Source: Guillardia theta CCMP2712 (Eukaryota > Protista > Cryptophyta). Taken from it: a stretch of 64,000 bases of DNA. Under the pieces are notes generated by a model. That model saw only the letters and a program-made list of their open reading frames with translations, ran no database searches and was not told where the DNA came from. This document shows, piece after piece, positions 10,297-23,107 of this stretch. Every line of letters begins with the position of its first letter. Position 1 is the stretch's first letter. The DNA is taken from positions 186,001 to 250,000 of the forward strand of contig NW_005434587.1 of the NCBI RefSeq assembly GCF_000315625.1, in the 5' to 3' direction. The position numbers were made by a program, and so were the translations under genes.

Positions 10297-13200
10297 ATGA
10301 AGAGTTTGTTCCGACTGGGGGGTTACGGAAGTTCTCAACGGGCAAAGTCGTACCTAAATCCAGAGGTGCGTTCTTCACAAACTCAAGCATTCGAAGTTGA
10401 ATAGGAATCTGTGCGAAGGTTTCGCAAGATGGAAAAGTCATGTGCGAGTTGGTTGCGGGCGACGAGGTCTCAACCACCACGAAGCTTCAAAATTATTTGC
10501 CACCGGTGATTTGTAACTGTATGTGCACACACTGTTGACCTCTAGTCGTGCTTTCAGACCGATGGGTTGATTTGGAAAGATAAAGGTGCTAGTCGTGGAA
10601 CCCTTGTGAGTTTAAGGCCCTCAGTGCTTTCAGATCGTGAATTTTTCTATCATCACAGGTGATCGGTGCAATTTCAACAACAAACATGGTAATTTGAGGA
10701 TCTCTTATTGCGGTGTCATGCCATTTAATGTCCACGTCCGTCATGATTCTTGATTTCATTTTAATGGAATGCCTCCAGAAACTGGGCAAGAAGTCCAAAA
10801 CATCGAAACATAATCCAAACAAGGTCAGGCGACAGACTCTCAATTCGCAGATTCCATTCGCTTCATGATACCCACATCACCTTTTTCTGAAGACATTGTG
10901 CAAGGAGACTCATTTTTCCTACTCACAGGTGTATGGGGGAGGAACCCTACCACCAGGATGGGAACATTTAAGTGCTCTTCGAGCCGATCCTTCCGCACCA
11001 AAACAGATGGAAAAGGAGAAGCCGTCCTCTCACAAGGCATTTTGCGATTGCAACCTCGATGCTCTTTGTGATACTGCTTTCTCCTCCTCAGAACGACGAT
11101 CCTGCAGTTGTAGATACTGACCTGATGAGTACCTTCGGTCGCGTCCGCTCAAGCCACGAGTCAACGAATGCACCAGAGCCATCAACTCAGCATCCTGACT
11201 CTAGTTCGGAAGATGCGAAGAGAAATGCTTGGAAAGAGGACATTGAAGCTCTGTACAAAGAAGCTGAAAGCGCACATCATATTGGGTGAGACGATCAGTC
11301 GATGACCGATGATCTGTTCCAATCTCGTTTGATTGCAACAAACTTGCAGAGACTTCGAGGCAGCTGCTCATCTTTATGATGCCATTCTTTCGCGCGATCC
11401 ATATCATACAAGGTTGATACATGCACAACAGATTTTGCCATCGTGAAATTGAATTTAGATCGTTGGCGGGCTTTGCGATGCTGATGCGTATGCGAGGTCA
11501 TCTGGAAGAAGCCGAAGCGGTCTGTAGCATGCGTTCACCTTCCTATGAGGGAATTGACATGCAATGTTCTTTCTCAGCTTTACTTGCAAGCTATAAAGAT
11601 CGATTCCGCATTTCCTGATGCTCTCTGTGGATATGGTCTTCTGCTTCGAACTATTGACAGGTAGTGGGCGTCACTGTCACTGCGTTTAAAGAGACTTGAA
11701 CAAATTTGTGAAGGCATGAGGAAGCAGAAGACATGTACAAGCGAGCTCTGGAACTTGATCCTTGCCATGTCAACACACTTTGCTCATATGGAGCGTTCAT
11801 GGTCTTGTTGTCACGACGGCTGGACGAGATTTGATCCATCCTTACAGCATACTCTTAAGAACAACCCTGATGAAGCTGAAGCCATGTACTTGAAGGCTTT
11901 GAAGATCGATCCGCACCATGTGGATAGGTCTCGTTGACATCGAATTTAAGTCTGCCTGACCTAGGTCCAGCATTTGCAACTATGCCGCCCTCAAGCATGT
12001 TGTGAGGAGAGATATGGAAACTGCAGAAGTCCTGTACAGGTCTTGCTAACCTCCCCTACAAGCCAATCTGAATTCTGAGTGTTCCTATGGCAGAATGGGC
12101 TTAGAAGAGAACCCAGATCATGTTGGAATTTTGTACAACTATAGTTCTTTGCTTGAAGAGATGGGCAACGATGATGGAAGGTACGGATGTCTGAAAGGCT
12201 TGCCCTTGCTCAGCTGTGATCATAACAGGGCGGAAGAAATGTACGAAAGAGCGATGGAGCTGATTCAGCTTCTATCTCCGGGAATAGTGGAGAGCGAATC
12301 TGATTACTGCACAGAGTCCTCGGTCAATGACGAAGAATGGTAGCGTGCTCAAAGCATGTTAGTTGGGTCTAATGTTGTGGTTTGGTAGGGATGGAGAGTG
12401 CGATGACTATGGAACGGACGAGTACGACGATGAGGCGCAAGAGGTTGCCGATCAACTCTACAAGTTTTCTTTTGGACTCGACATTCATGTGCTCGCAGGA
12501 TGGTGTCAGTCAGAATGAGATGGCAGAGGAAAAAACAACACCTCAGCTTGAGAGCCATAAACAAGTGAGCACTTAGCCGCAAGATTGGTCTCTTTTAGAT
12601 CGCGCAGTCTGACGGTTCCTTCAGAGCAATCCTTCCGGCCATGTTGTTGATCACTCACGTGAGTACGCAGTCGCGTGAGGTTCCTAGGCTGCTGTCCTAT
12701 TTCCCGTAATCACAATAGCACAAGGGAGGAGGGAAGGAGGAGGGAGGGCTGGGGCCGGTAGTCCATCGACTCCATTCAATAAATTCTTACAACATCAGCT
12801 CATGATCATCCCTTCTCAGTTTGGGGCGACAGGAGTGGACCTGTACCAGTGGCTGAAGTCGCCGTCCGCATTCCAAACGCCATAGCCCTGCAGGAGGAGG
12901 TGAGCGAGGTGGAACGAAAGACCCTCAGTGGGGGAGCATGCTCTACCGCTACGGCATCGCCGTTGGAGCTGCCATCCGTAGACACTGCGTCCCCGTCAGC
13001 AAGAGATATCTTCAGCGCGGGTGCGCGTCAAATAAACAAGACATCGGGAGCACGGGAGCACAAGTTCGGTACGAGCAATGAGGGAGAAGCTTGCAAACCA
13101 ACAGATGACAAACTTGACTTACCGCAGGTGTCATCAAGTCCACAATCAGCCCAATTGTTCTCCGAGGTAAGGCATTTCTGACAACAAGGATCAGCAAAAG

Positions 13201-13318
13201 CACAGTCAACGGTATTCCGGCTACCTCAGACCAGCATGGTTCGGCCAACATGGTGACACCGAAAGGACTAGCTCTGTCGACACTGCGAGTCAGCGACACG
13301 CCAGCTGATCAAGAATGA
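10297..13318 (+). CDS. TPR-repeat protein with low-complexity C-terminus (multi-exon, ends approximate)
   Basis: Spliced TPR units in ~11360-12260: EEAEDMYKRALELDPCHVNTLCSYG, DEAEAMYLKALKIDPHHVD, GLEENPDHVGILYNYSSLL, AEEMYERAMEL. Confidence 0.7.
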
Positions 13319-14197
13319 TTGAGGGACAATGAGGATAAGGAGGCACATGGAGCTCAGAGCAGCATCAGTCGCGGTCCGATCAGAGAAGGGGAGAACAAGT
13401 GAAGGGAGAGGGAGAGGGTTTTGTTTTTAACGGATTAGAACCTTTGATGAAAACCCTTCGTGAATCATGAGCATAAAGACAGGAAATTAACATGGATTTC
13501 GATTGAATGAATTTGTTCATGAGGAGTCTAGCAACATCTATCGCGTGTTGATTTGTTATGTGACCATATGTCAAGATGGGTGCAAACAACGTCAAGCAAA
13601 GACATGAAGATCGTCAAGGTACATGAATAAACATGATTGTAGAAAATGTATCACATGAATTCATTTGAGATAGTGAAGATGGGCCCTGATGGAGGGAGAA
13701 GAAGGTAAAGAAACGACATACCTGCGCATAATGGCGACGAGCATAGCGATTTTGATCTGGTAGGTCGGGGTGGATAATTCAGGGGTACTCGTTGGATCTG
13801 GTGGGGTGATAGGTACCCACCCCCAGGAAGGACTCTGCTGAAATCCTCTCCAGTGTACGGTTGTTAAAGGATAATTTGTGGGTGTATGGAACTGTACCAT
13901 TAAAAGTACCGGTAGTCTAATTTCTTTCAGGGTCCTCCCATTTCTGAGGGTGGGTTGAGTCTGAAGGGGCACTTGTGCCCTCATCCCACCTCATTTTTGA
14001 TGAGTAAACTTTTGAGTTGGAACCGGTACGAAGCAGGCCCGCCCCAGAGAATCAGAGTGCGGCAACGGTCTGTCAATTTTCGGTGATGATCTCCGGACCC
14101 CCACCCCCCCATTTCACATCAGAACCACCCCGTAAGTGGACAGCCTGCGGCACGACGATCAAGTCAGATCGTCCTCATGTCCTGAGCCCTGAAATCG

Positions 14198-16040
14198 ATG
14201 CCAAGGAGAGGAGAAGGGGCGGCCGCAGTCGAGGAGGAGGAGGAGGAGGAGGAGAACGCGAGAGGAACACGAGGAGAAGACATCCATGAGCCGCTCACAT
14301 CATAGTAGCCTGTGACTCTGTCAAACCTTGAGCACGCGGAAAGAGGATCAGACAGTTTTTTGTGCCAGTCAAATCGACTTTGGAAGCTGCAGGGTCCTGG
14401 CAAGACTCTCAACGCAAGCCCGGGGACCTTGAGGGTCTGATAGCTTGACAACGGCTATCTCAGAGCTCCTTCATATCTAGCAGAGTCAGGGACCGACGGT
14501 AACTGTCGCAAGGATGGGACAGGAATGCAGCACCTTTGAAACGTGCACTGACGCGCCTGTCGTTTCGATGATGACGACGATTGAGGAGCAGCCAAGTGTC
14601 CCGTAAGTTGTTGATTCCTGCATTGAAACAGTTTTCGCGCTGATCGATTTGATTTGGGGCATTCCCTTGGATAAACGTGTAGAGGTGATCAGAGTTTGAG
14701 ATTTTTTTCGTGTTTTCCTCATCATTTGTTTCATGGCATGCTTGTCAAGAACAGCCTCAAATCACGTCCATGGAAGGTTTGTAGATTGAGATCGGCTCCG
14801 ACAAGCTGAAATCTCATAGCCTGCTCAGAGACGCGGAAGATGAGGAGGAGCAGGAGGACGAAAGTCTATCCCACGCTACTGCAGACAATGTACATACGAG
14901 ACAATCTTGAAGGAGAGTGAAGGGAGTTGATGCCTGACCCTTCAGGATAGCGGCACGGCTGCTTCCCCTCTCCATCGTGCGGCTCTGCTAAACGAGGCGG
15001 ATGAATGTGAAGCCAATCGGAGGCTCGTCGAGGAATGATTCCGCTCTTCAGGTTTACAGCTCATTCAAAGTCGGGCCAACGTCAACGCCAGAGACAATCT
15101 TGGAAGGACTCCTCTTCATGCAGGTGATGACATCGATCAGTAGGAGCAAACGTGATGCTGCTGCAGCCGCCTATGCTGGATCACTGGAGGCCGCCAAGGT
15201 CCTTGTAAAGTTTGGTGGTGACATTTCATGGTATCCACATTGCAAATCTTCCTGCAGTTTTCTTTGAGTGAAGTCGAATCGATGTTCACGCAGCATCACA
15301 AAACAAGGAAAGACGCCTATGATCTTTGCAGCGGAGCAGAGAAAGGCTGAGATGATGAAGTGCTGAAGTTGTCGTTCTAGTACATACATTGACCAGCTTG
15401 TTTGTTGGTGCAGGTTCTTGATTTCGCTGGCATCGCCTCCTCAGGTGATAGATCCTCCTGTGCAATGTGCGTTTAACATGTGGAGAGAAGAAAATGAACA
15501 AGCTGAATGGCTGGAAAAGGAACTCATTCCAAGGGCGAGTGAGTCTCATGTTTGAGTTGATGGCCCGTCCTCACTCCTCCTCGCCTCCAGGGTTCCCCGG
15601 CTGCTTCCGCCCCTCAGTCCCCCCTCTCTCAACGAGGGTGATATGAGCTCCTGCTCCTCCTCCTCCCTTCTCGTTCTCCTCGTTCTCCTTCTCATTCTGC
15701 TTCTGCTCCTTCTACTGTTCCTTCCAGTTGTTCTTTCTTCTCATCCTCCCCTTCTCTTCAATCTGCTCCCCCCCTTCTGAACGGCTCGTGCAGCTCGTCC
15801 ACCATTGACCGTGAAGAGAAAACTTCAAGGTAACTGCTCCTGTCCCTTTCTTGTTGATCTTCGAGTAGGAGTGCGCCCATTGCATCTCCTTCCAAGTTTG
15901 CCAGCCCCATCCAAAACGAAGTGCATTACAATCTCTACACGCCTGCGCGGAGGTAGATGGGCAACCACGAAGAGAGGAGCTGAGACTTCATACAGCAGCT
16001 TGAAGTTCTGACTGCTCGTGTCTGTGGTTGACGAGAGGTA
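14198..16040 (+). CDS. Ankyrin-repeat protein (core 14945-15430; ends uncertain)
   Basis: Spliced reading SPLHRAALLNE..ANVNARDNLGRTPLHAAAYAGSLEAAKVLVKFGGD..KQGKTPMIFAAEQ. Confidence 0.6.
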
Positions 16041-16432
16041 AGCACAGCAGGATTTGAATGCTACGGAAGAAGCGTAGCTTGCACATTCATGATTCTTTCA
16101 AGTCCTATGAATGAAAGCATCAGCGCCATATTGAGTTTTTGGATGAACATTTTTGATGTAATACTGAAGATGAAATTCGTTTCATGTCCTTTTCAACCAT
16201 CTGACATTCACACTACGATGGTGGATTCAACGATCCTCTGTTTGTTTGTGCGTTCACACTCAGCAAGGAATTATATGATTTCTCGCTGCCATATGCACAG
16301 ATTCTGGACACATAGTTGTTTGAAGTGATAAAAATACTAACAATCACTCGCACAATCTAGGTGAATTCGGTCTACAAATGTTCTAGGCGATGAGAAGTAG
16401 CATGCTTGACTCCTTCGCCTCCAGCTGGAGCC

Positions 16433-16576
16433 TTAGGTTCTGCCAGTGATCTTGAAAGTCCACTTCCAGTTGTCCTCTGTGTCGATCACAAGGGTAGCCT
16501 ACACCACACAATGAGATCCAATCTCCCCTCTCCCAACAAGCTCCTCTTCTCCCCGACCCCCTTCCCCACCTCCTCC

Positions 16577-16608
<32 letters not shown>

Positions 16609-18350
16609 AGCCTATCCTTCTTCTGCTCACCAGCTTAGGTTCGGCGACGGGACCGCTGGGGTTGAAGCGGACTGTGAACTCAACAGGATTTCCTGCAGCA
16701 TCTAGTGAGAAGCAGCTGGCAGGGAGGAGTAGAGAAACCTCGTCGAGGAAGCGCGCCAGTGACCTCTCTCTCACCAAGGTCATAGCCTTCAACATGTCAG
16801 GAGAGACGACAAAGGAGAGAGGAGGCGTTGGGTTACCTGTCTTTGCAACAACGAACTCGGGAGCAGAGTCTTCCGTGAAACGAGCGATGTACTACAAGAG
16901 AAGTAGTAGTGAGCTCGCGGAGGGAGGGAGGGAGGGAGGGAGGGAGGGGAGGGGAGGGGAGGGGAGGGGAGGGAGGGAGGAGGGGGAATATTTTACCTGC
17001 TCGGAGACCATCGAATTCGGCTCGACGGGAATAGTCGCCAAGCCCTGCGGAACGCCAGGTTCAGGACGAGGCAAGGGAGACAGTCTTGTCCGCACCTGTC
17101 CCATGATCTCGAACTCTCCATCGATACGGAATCCAGCTTTCACCTACATCAAGATGTCAAGGAAATTCTCAGGAGGAATCAAACAAATCTTCACCGGCTT
17201 CCAGTCGTTCTTCTTCAGGATCTCAGTGTTGTCGATTCCTTTCGCCCCAGTAGCGAAGATGACATTCTGTGTGCGACGTATTACCTCAGGCTCACGTTGC
17301 ATCTCTCTCTTACCTCCAGCTCATCCTCGTTCAAAGTCTCGCTGGTGACACCCTTGTTGAGAAGTGACTTGTAATCATCCGTGTCCTGAAGCAACCATCA
17401 GCGAACAATTCATAGGACCGTGCTTCAACCTTCTGCCTCTTCCCGTTGTTCAGAGCTTCCATCTGATCCCTGACCAAGATTCACACAGTACAAATATGAT
17501 CGATTTCACCCTACCTCAACTTCCTCTCAGCTTGCCATTGTTTCTGCTGGTTGAACCAGTTCTCATACTGCTGCCTCTGCACCTGTTTCTTGTCCTCTCC
17601 AGTGAAGATGTCGATGTCAACCATGCCATCTGCCTTGAGCTGATCCTTGACTGAGTTGTCCGTGCTGTCTGCTCTCAACTTTGTCAGAAAGCAACGCAAC
17701 AAGTGGTGCTCCAGCTTGCCTGCTCCCCACGCATTCCAACGCTTGTCAATACGGTTGCCGCTAGATCCTCCAGCAACTTTTCCTCTGCCAGCTCCTCCGA
17801 TCGAGTTGTCAATGACCATTCGATCCTCGAACTCCTCCATCGCGTTCTTTCCGTCACCGACGACACCAACCTGACCGTCTCCTCCATCGAAACCTTCTCC
17901 ATCGATGAAGCCCTGCGAAATCATGTCACGTTTTTCACCGGCTGCAAAGGGAGAGGTGGGACACTTGGACAAGAAGCGGCACAGAAAAGGAGAGCACAGT
18001 TCAGACATGCATGGTAGGAGGGGTATCAGAAGGAGAAGCAAGAGAAGCATCAACAACCTTGTAGTCCATGTCAGGCATGATCTGGTTTCCCTTGCCATCG
18101 GTGGTCTTGGCTTTCGGAGGATCCAAGTCATCGAGGTATCCCATCCTCAAGCTGCCAACAGCTACACGTCTGTTGCTCCTCAAGAAACATGATCGGCCAT
18201 GCGCACGTCTTGGCACGGAAGAGGGAAGGTAAGCTTGGAAACCATTAACAGTCGCAAGGGTTACGGCAAGGAGCACCACCCGGAAGACTATGGTGAAAGA
18301 CAGATGTCAGTGTGAGGCAGCGAAAGCATGAGACATGCATTAATTCTCAT
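16433..18350 (-). CDS. Hypothetical protein with bipartite (signal + transit) plastid-type leader
   Basis: N-terminus MRINA..FRVVLLAVTLATVNG-FQAYLPSS, then an Arg/Ser-rich transit region. Gly-rich segment GFIDGEGFDGGDGQVGVVGDG. About 10 exons ending ..WKWTFKITGRT* at 16433. Confidence 0.65.
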
Positions 18351-18410
18351 AGCAGATCCTCGTCCTCAAGTTAAAGCAGCAAATTGGCATGGACAAGTAG
18401 AGTTCGAACG

Positions 18411-18781
18411 TCATAGAACACCATCGAACACCTGGAACTGCAAAGCTGCAGGGTTCCAGCCCATGTACATCAAAACGAGAAGCAGCTCTACTGTCTTTGT
18501 TGTACAAAACAATGCCTCAACAAAGACAAATTCCTGCTCAACAAATCTCCTGAACTGACTCAGGGAGGACACAGGAACCTTTCGGATCCCCATCCACAGC
18601 ATAGAGAAAACTGAGACCAGCATGGCGAGTTCCCACGTTGCATTCGATATCTTGTCTTCATCCTTGCCTTCATTACCTAAATCATGTGCCCCCCTGCTGT
18701 ATCCTCCCCTCTGTCCTCCTCTCTGTCCTCCTCCCCCGTCCTCCCTCCCTTGACCCTGCCCGCTCCTCTCTTACCTGCCAT
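18411..18781 (-). CDS. Small hypothetical membrane protein
   Basis: Micro first exon ATG GCA G|gtaag and a GA-rich intron, then ..WELAMLVSVFSMLWMGIRK.. and ..LLLVLMYMGWNPAALQFQVFDGVL*. Confidence 0.4.
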
Positions 18782-19255
18782 TTTCACTTGTAAAGCTTCT
18801 AACAACAACCGTGTATTTAAATTTGCTACTGCTCAACATACATATAATATTAAATAAGTTATAATTAGTACCATCATTATATTTATTGTTCCTTTCTTGT
18901 AGGAAACTCATTGTAAATAGAGCTCTTGTTTGTGGCCTCCGCCTGTTTTGCAAATATCAATTTTAATTGTTCTACCACAAATATTCTAAAACTATTTTAA
19001 TCTGTCGGGTCAGGGTTTTACAGGACAGCGGGCCGGGCGCAACTGCTGTACTGTACTGCAGCTGTCAAGCATTGAGAAGACTCGCCGGTTTTCACCTCCC
19101 CGAATCCGAGTGCATCAAGTTCAGTGTCATCGTCTGCTGCTCCTTCTCCTGCTTCTCCCTCCCTCCCTCCCTCCCTCGAATTCTCATACCATGCCAGTGA
19201 CTAGTGATGTCGAAGTCATTTAGTCATGTTACTTCATTCCAACCAAAGGTGTTGA

Positions 19256-20340
19256 TCACTTCAAACCGAACAAATCTTCGAACGGATCTTTTGTGCCACC
19301 CTGTGTATTTGACCCGCTCTGCGAGAAATTGGCCATAGATGCAGCACCTTGCTGAACAGATGGTTCAGTGAAACCGAAAGCAAGCAAGTCTGCTGAGGTA
19401 GAAGCGTTCGCAGAAATGTTCATCGTCAGCATGTCATCTAAGAGCGTGTTGGCTGCCGCTCTTGCTGGTTGAGCAATCGGTACATGGCCCGCGTCATCAT
19501 CGAAGGATATCAAGTTTGCGGTGGGCGCGACAGCTGCCAGTGGTGCTTCTTCCTTCTTGGTGGCAGAAGACTGTTGAATCTTTGTTTGAGTTCCTGCAGC
19601 TGTTTCCCTCTGGCTGCTCTCCCCTCTGTCACTCTTAACCATCCCATCCTGATCCCTGGACGCTCCTGTCGGTCTGATCCACTTCCTGCCCGCGATCAAG
19701 TTACATGGAGCGATCCAAGTGACGTGCTATGCTACCTCCTGACGTACTTGTTCCTGATGAATTCTTCACGTTGCATGTCCTGGCAAGTTTCAGAGAACAA
19801 GTTTCAGAGAACGAACAGAATCGAATCTTGTGGCATCACCGACGCTTCTGGCGATGGCCTTTGTGATTCTGCTAGCCCATGCTCCCATTCTGCTGCCTGC
19901 AACACAACAAGCGTCATTGGTCCCTTCAGTGTGGAACATCTCTCATGAGTTTCAGACACATATCACGTGGTTGTTCAGTCAGACTCACAGCCTTGTCATT
20001 TCCGACAGATGTCATTGCTCGGATTTGTTCATCGTTCCATGTATCCAAGGTCACTGATCGCGTGCGCGATATATGAGTGCCAAGGCCCTATCATATAAAG
20101 ATATTCACACACAGAATTCAGAACACAATGGTTCCAGGGCAATAAGATCATCTTAGGATGGAGAAGATCAATGCATACCCTATGCACGCCGAAACAACGG
20201 TTGCATATGAAAACCCCGAAAGTCAGAGATGTATATCGCGGATTTCGAGCATGGCAATCTGCGCATAACTTGTTTGCTGGTAGCTGCAGCATTGGTTGTC
20301 AGACCATGCAAGAATTGAAATCCTGGTCATTCTTCATCAT
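19256..20340 (-). CDS. ADP-ribosylation factor GTPase-activating protein (ArfGAP, SMAP/AGD-like)
   Basis: CADC-x16-CNRC zinc finger, GVHR|GLGTHISRTRSVTLDTW, EEFIRNKY, and C-terminal LISFD and DPF motifs. The start is approximate. Confidence 0.88.
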
Positions 20341-20514
20341 ATTCTTGTTTTAGTAAGGGTCCGATTTTCATCATAGATCTCCAAAGAATTTGTTTTGACA
20401 CATCCTGGAATCAGGTGCTTGAATGATTGTGGGTTGCTAATGGTATCAAAACAACAAAACAATGGACAGTCCTATGAATGTTTGTTTTGGATACATCATC
20501 ATGTGAGTGGTAGA

Positions 20515-20547
20515 CACCACCACCACCACCACCACCACCACCACCAC
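20515..20547. repeat. (CAC)11 microsatellite
   Basis: Direct inspection; intergenic. Confidence 0.9.
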
Positions 20548-20877
20548 ATTCATCATTCTTGTCCTCATGTTCTCACTTGTTCTCATCAACTCTTTCATCT
20601 CTGCCATTCATCGGCTCATATCGCACCTCCAGCATTGCCTTTAGGGCGGCTGCCATGTCGGATTCCCCGACTATCTCTTATTTTTACTCACTTCACAATC
20701 CAAAAAGGCTGCCTCAGAGGTAACTTCAAGGCTAGTGACAAGTCACTCGAGCTGATAAATCGGATCGAACGATGTGTGTTCTTCGTTTGATGTTTATTCA
20801 GTTTGAAGTGAGCAATTCGTCACTACTATATCACAAGAAGATCGGACTACTGCTGAGCTGTCGATCTAGCTTGGCTT

Positions 20878-22339
20878 TCAAGGAGGGGGAGGAGCAGCGC
20901 AAAAGCTCTGAATCTTTTCGATGATAACCTGCGACAAGCAGGACGGTAAGATGACGTCATCAATGAATAAGGTGAAGGAAAGACCTGTAGGATGTAGATG
21001 GCTCGTTCAGCTGGAGGCGCGACAGTCTCATACTCCTCATGCTCGTCGTTGTAGGACTCAGCTGAGTTCTTCTTCAGGCCGTTCATCTTCTCGCGCTGCA
21101 TATCGGTTTCTGCTGACTTCTCTTTGGCCTTGTCGGCGGAGTTGGAGAGGTCAACAACTTCCTTCTCGTACTCGATGAGCTTGTTGAAGTGCGAGCTCAT
21201 CTCTTCCTTCGCCTCATCTTCCACCTTCTTGACAACTTCCTCGCGCGTCTCGAGCTCCTTGAGCATATCCTGCAGGAGCTTCCTGACCGCGCTCGTCTCT
21301 GTGAAGGAAGCGAGCTTCTGTTCCAGACTGTGAAATCCCTTGATCTTGACCGCATTGTTGGACTTCTGGGCCCACTCTTGCAGCTTTGAAAGCTTGGCCT
21401 TGATTTGCTGTTTCAAAAAGATTTCTCAACATCCCCGACAAACCAATCAATGTTCGCCCTTACCAACAAGGTGTTTGATTTACCAGTTTGTTTTGCCTGT
21501 GAGAATTGCATCAGGAAAAAAACAACATCGATTCGAACAATCAACCTGATCAGTGGGCTGACTTTCAAATGTGTCCAAAAGCAGAAGAATCTCCTTGATC
21601 AGCGCTCTATACAACGAGTCATCACCACTGTTCGTCACATTCAAGACCTTGGATACCTCTCAGCAGCAATGCTGGCCAGCTCCTTGGGATAAGATTTCTC
21701 GAGCTGTTGAACCCTCTCCTTGGCATCCTGGTATGATGCCTTCCACTTCTCGTACTGGACACGAGCGTAGGTAGCTCCTTCTTCTGCTTCTTTCGCCTTC
21801 TCAGACTCAAGCCTGTACGAGCTTTCCTCCTGCAACCAAGCTTGGAGAGATTCCTTCTTCTCTTCAAAAGATTTTGCATCAGTCAAGTTACGAGCAATAG
21901 CGTCGGCTGTAAGCTTGTTCAAGAGGGACGACAACTTTTCGATGATTACATCTTTTTTGTCGCAAACTTTGGAAGAGGACTCCTGGAGCATGGTATTGAT
22001 ACCCTTGGGGAACACCGCAAGCATTTGTGATCGGACATTGCGAGCTGAGACTTGCTTGTCTTGCCACTGCTGCAGCATGGCATACATTTGCTGAGTTGAA
22101 GCCTTGGGGACTACCGAAAGGATTTTTGAAGCCAAGGTCAAGTCGGACAACCTAAGGCTCGACTTGGTGGCCTTTGTGGTCATAGCAGTGGAGTTACGAT
22201 AGCCACGAGTGCTGAAGATCGCAACAGCAGCCATGGCGACGATGAAAACGCTGCCCACAATAGCCATGCGACTGGACTTCGCCCTCTTGGGACTGTTTCC
22301 AACATAGACGGTGAAGACTTGTTGGTCGACGGAAGTCAT
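20878..22339 (-). CDS. Type II membrane-anchored/secretory alpha-helical coiled-coil proprotein
   Basis: ORFs 21641..22363 and 20847..21416 join through short introns. TM segment MAIVGSVFIVAMAAVAIF, motifs RSQML, INTML and EQKL, long E/K-rich heptads, ending IIEKIQSFCAAPPPP*. Confidence 0.75.
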
Positions 22340-23107
22340 CTTGAGAACCTGCGCACGTTTCAAGAGGAGAAATCAAGAACTTGATCAAGACAACTTGTCA
22401 TGAAACACTATGCTCAGTCTTCATCGCCAGCAAACAAATGAAGCAATCAAATGAATTGTGCCAGATGCTAAAAGATTAACTTCATGCTTTCCAGCGACTT
22501 CCCTCATACATATCCCCCTCAACCACGCCATCCTTCCTCTCCCTCTCTCTCTCCCTTCCTCTCTCCCTCTCCCTCTCCCTCTCTCTCTCTCTCCCTCTCT
22601 CTCTCCCTCTCCCTCTCCCTCTCCCTCCGACTCCTCATTGCCGCTTTCATGACAGCCTCTGGTCACTCGACCCGATATAGAACAGGACCCCATGATGTGT
22701 CAACTTCTCGTACATGATAACCCCTACCCCCTTTTAATCATCTATCTGTAGTTCTAGATATGGTCCAGCCATGGCAAAAAGTCACCCACACCCTCCTAAA
22801 ATCAGCCACCCCCCTTGCCACATACGAAACATAAAAAAAGGTCAAAGACGGTACAGGATTCGGCAGCACTGAAGTCAACTTGAGACGTCTTCAAGTCGCC
22901 AGGACCGTCACCGTACTTGAAACTCGGCCGGGCCAGTATGCGAACATCGGATCATGTCGGGTCCGGCCCGGCAAGTTTCTGGGCCCGGGCGTGGGCGGTC
23001 ACGGTGTTCCGGAAGTGATTTCAGGTTTCATTACAGCACAGATCGTACGAAAAAGACCGTCTCTGAGACTCGAAAGAATAACAGCCGTCAACTCAGCAGT
23101 CCGAACA

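Noticed and set aside
16662-17348. 228-aa plus-strand ORF
   Set aside because: Antisense to the spliced plastid-targeted gene and runs through an intronic GGGA repeat.
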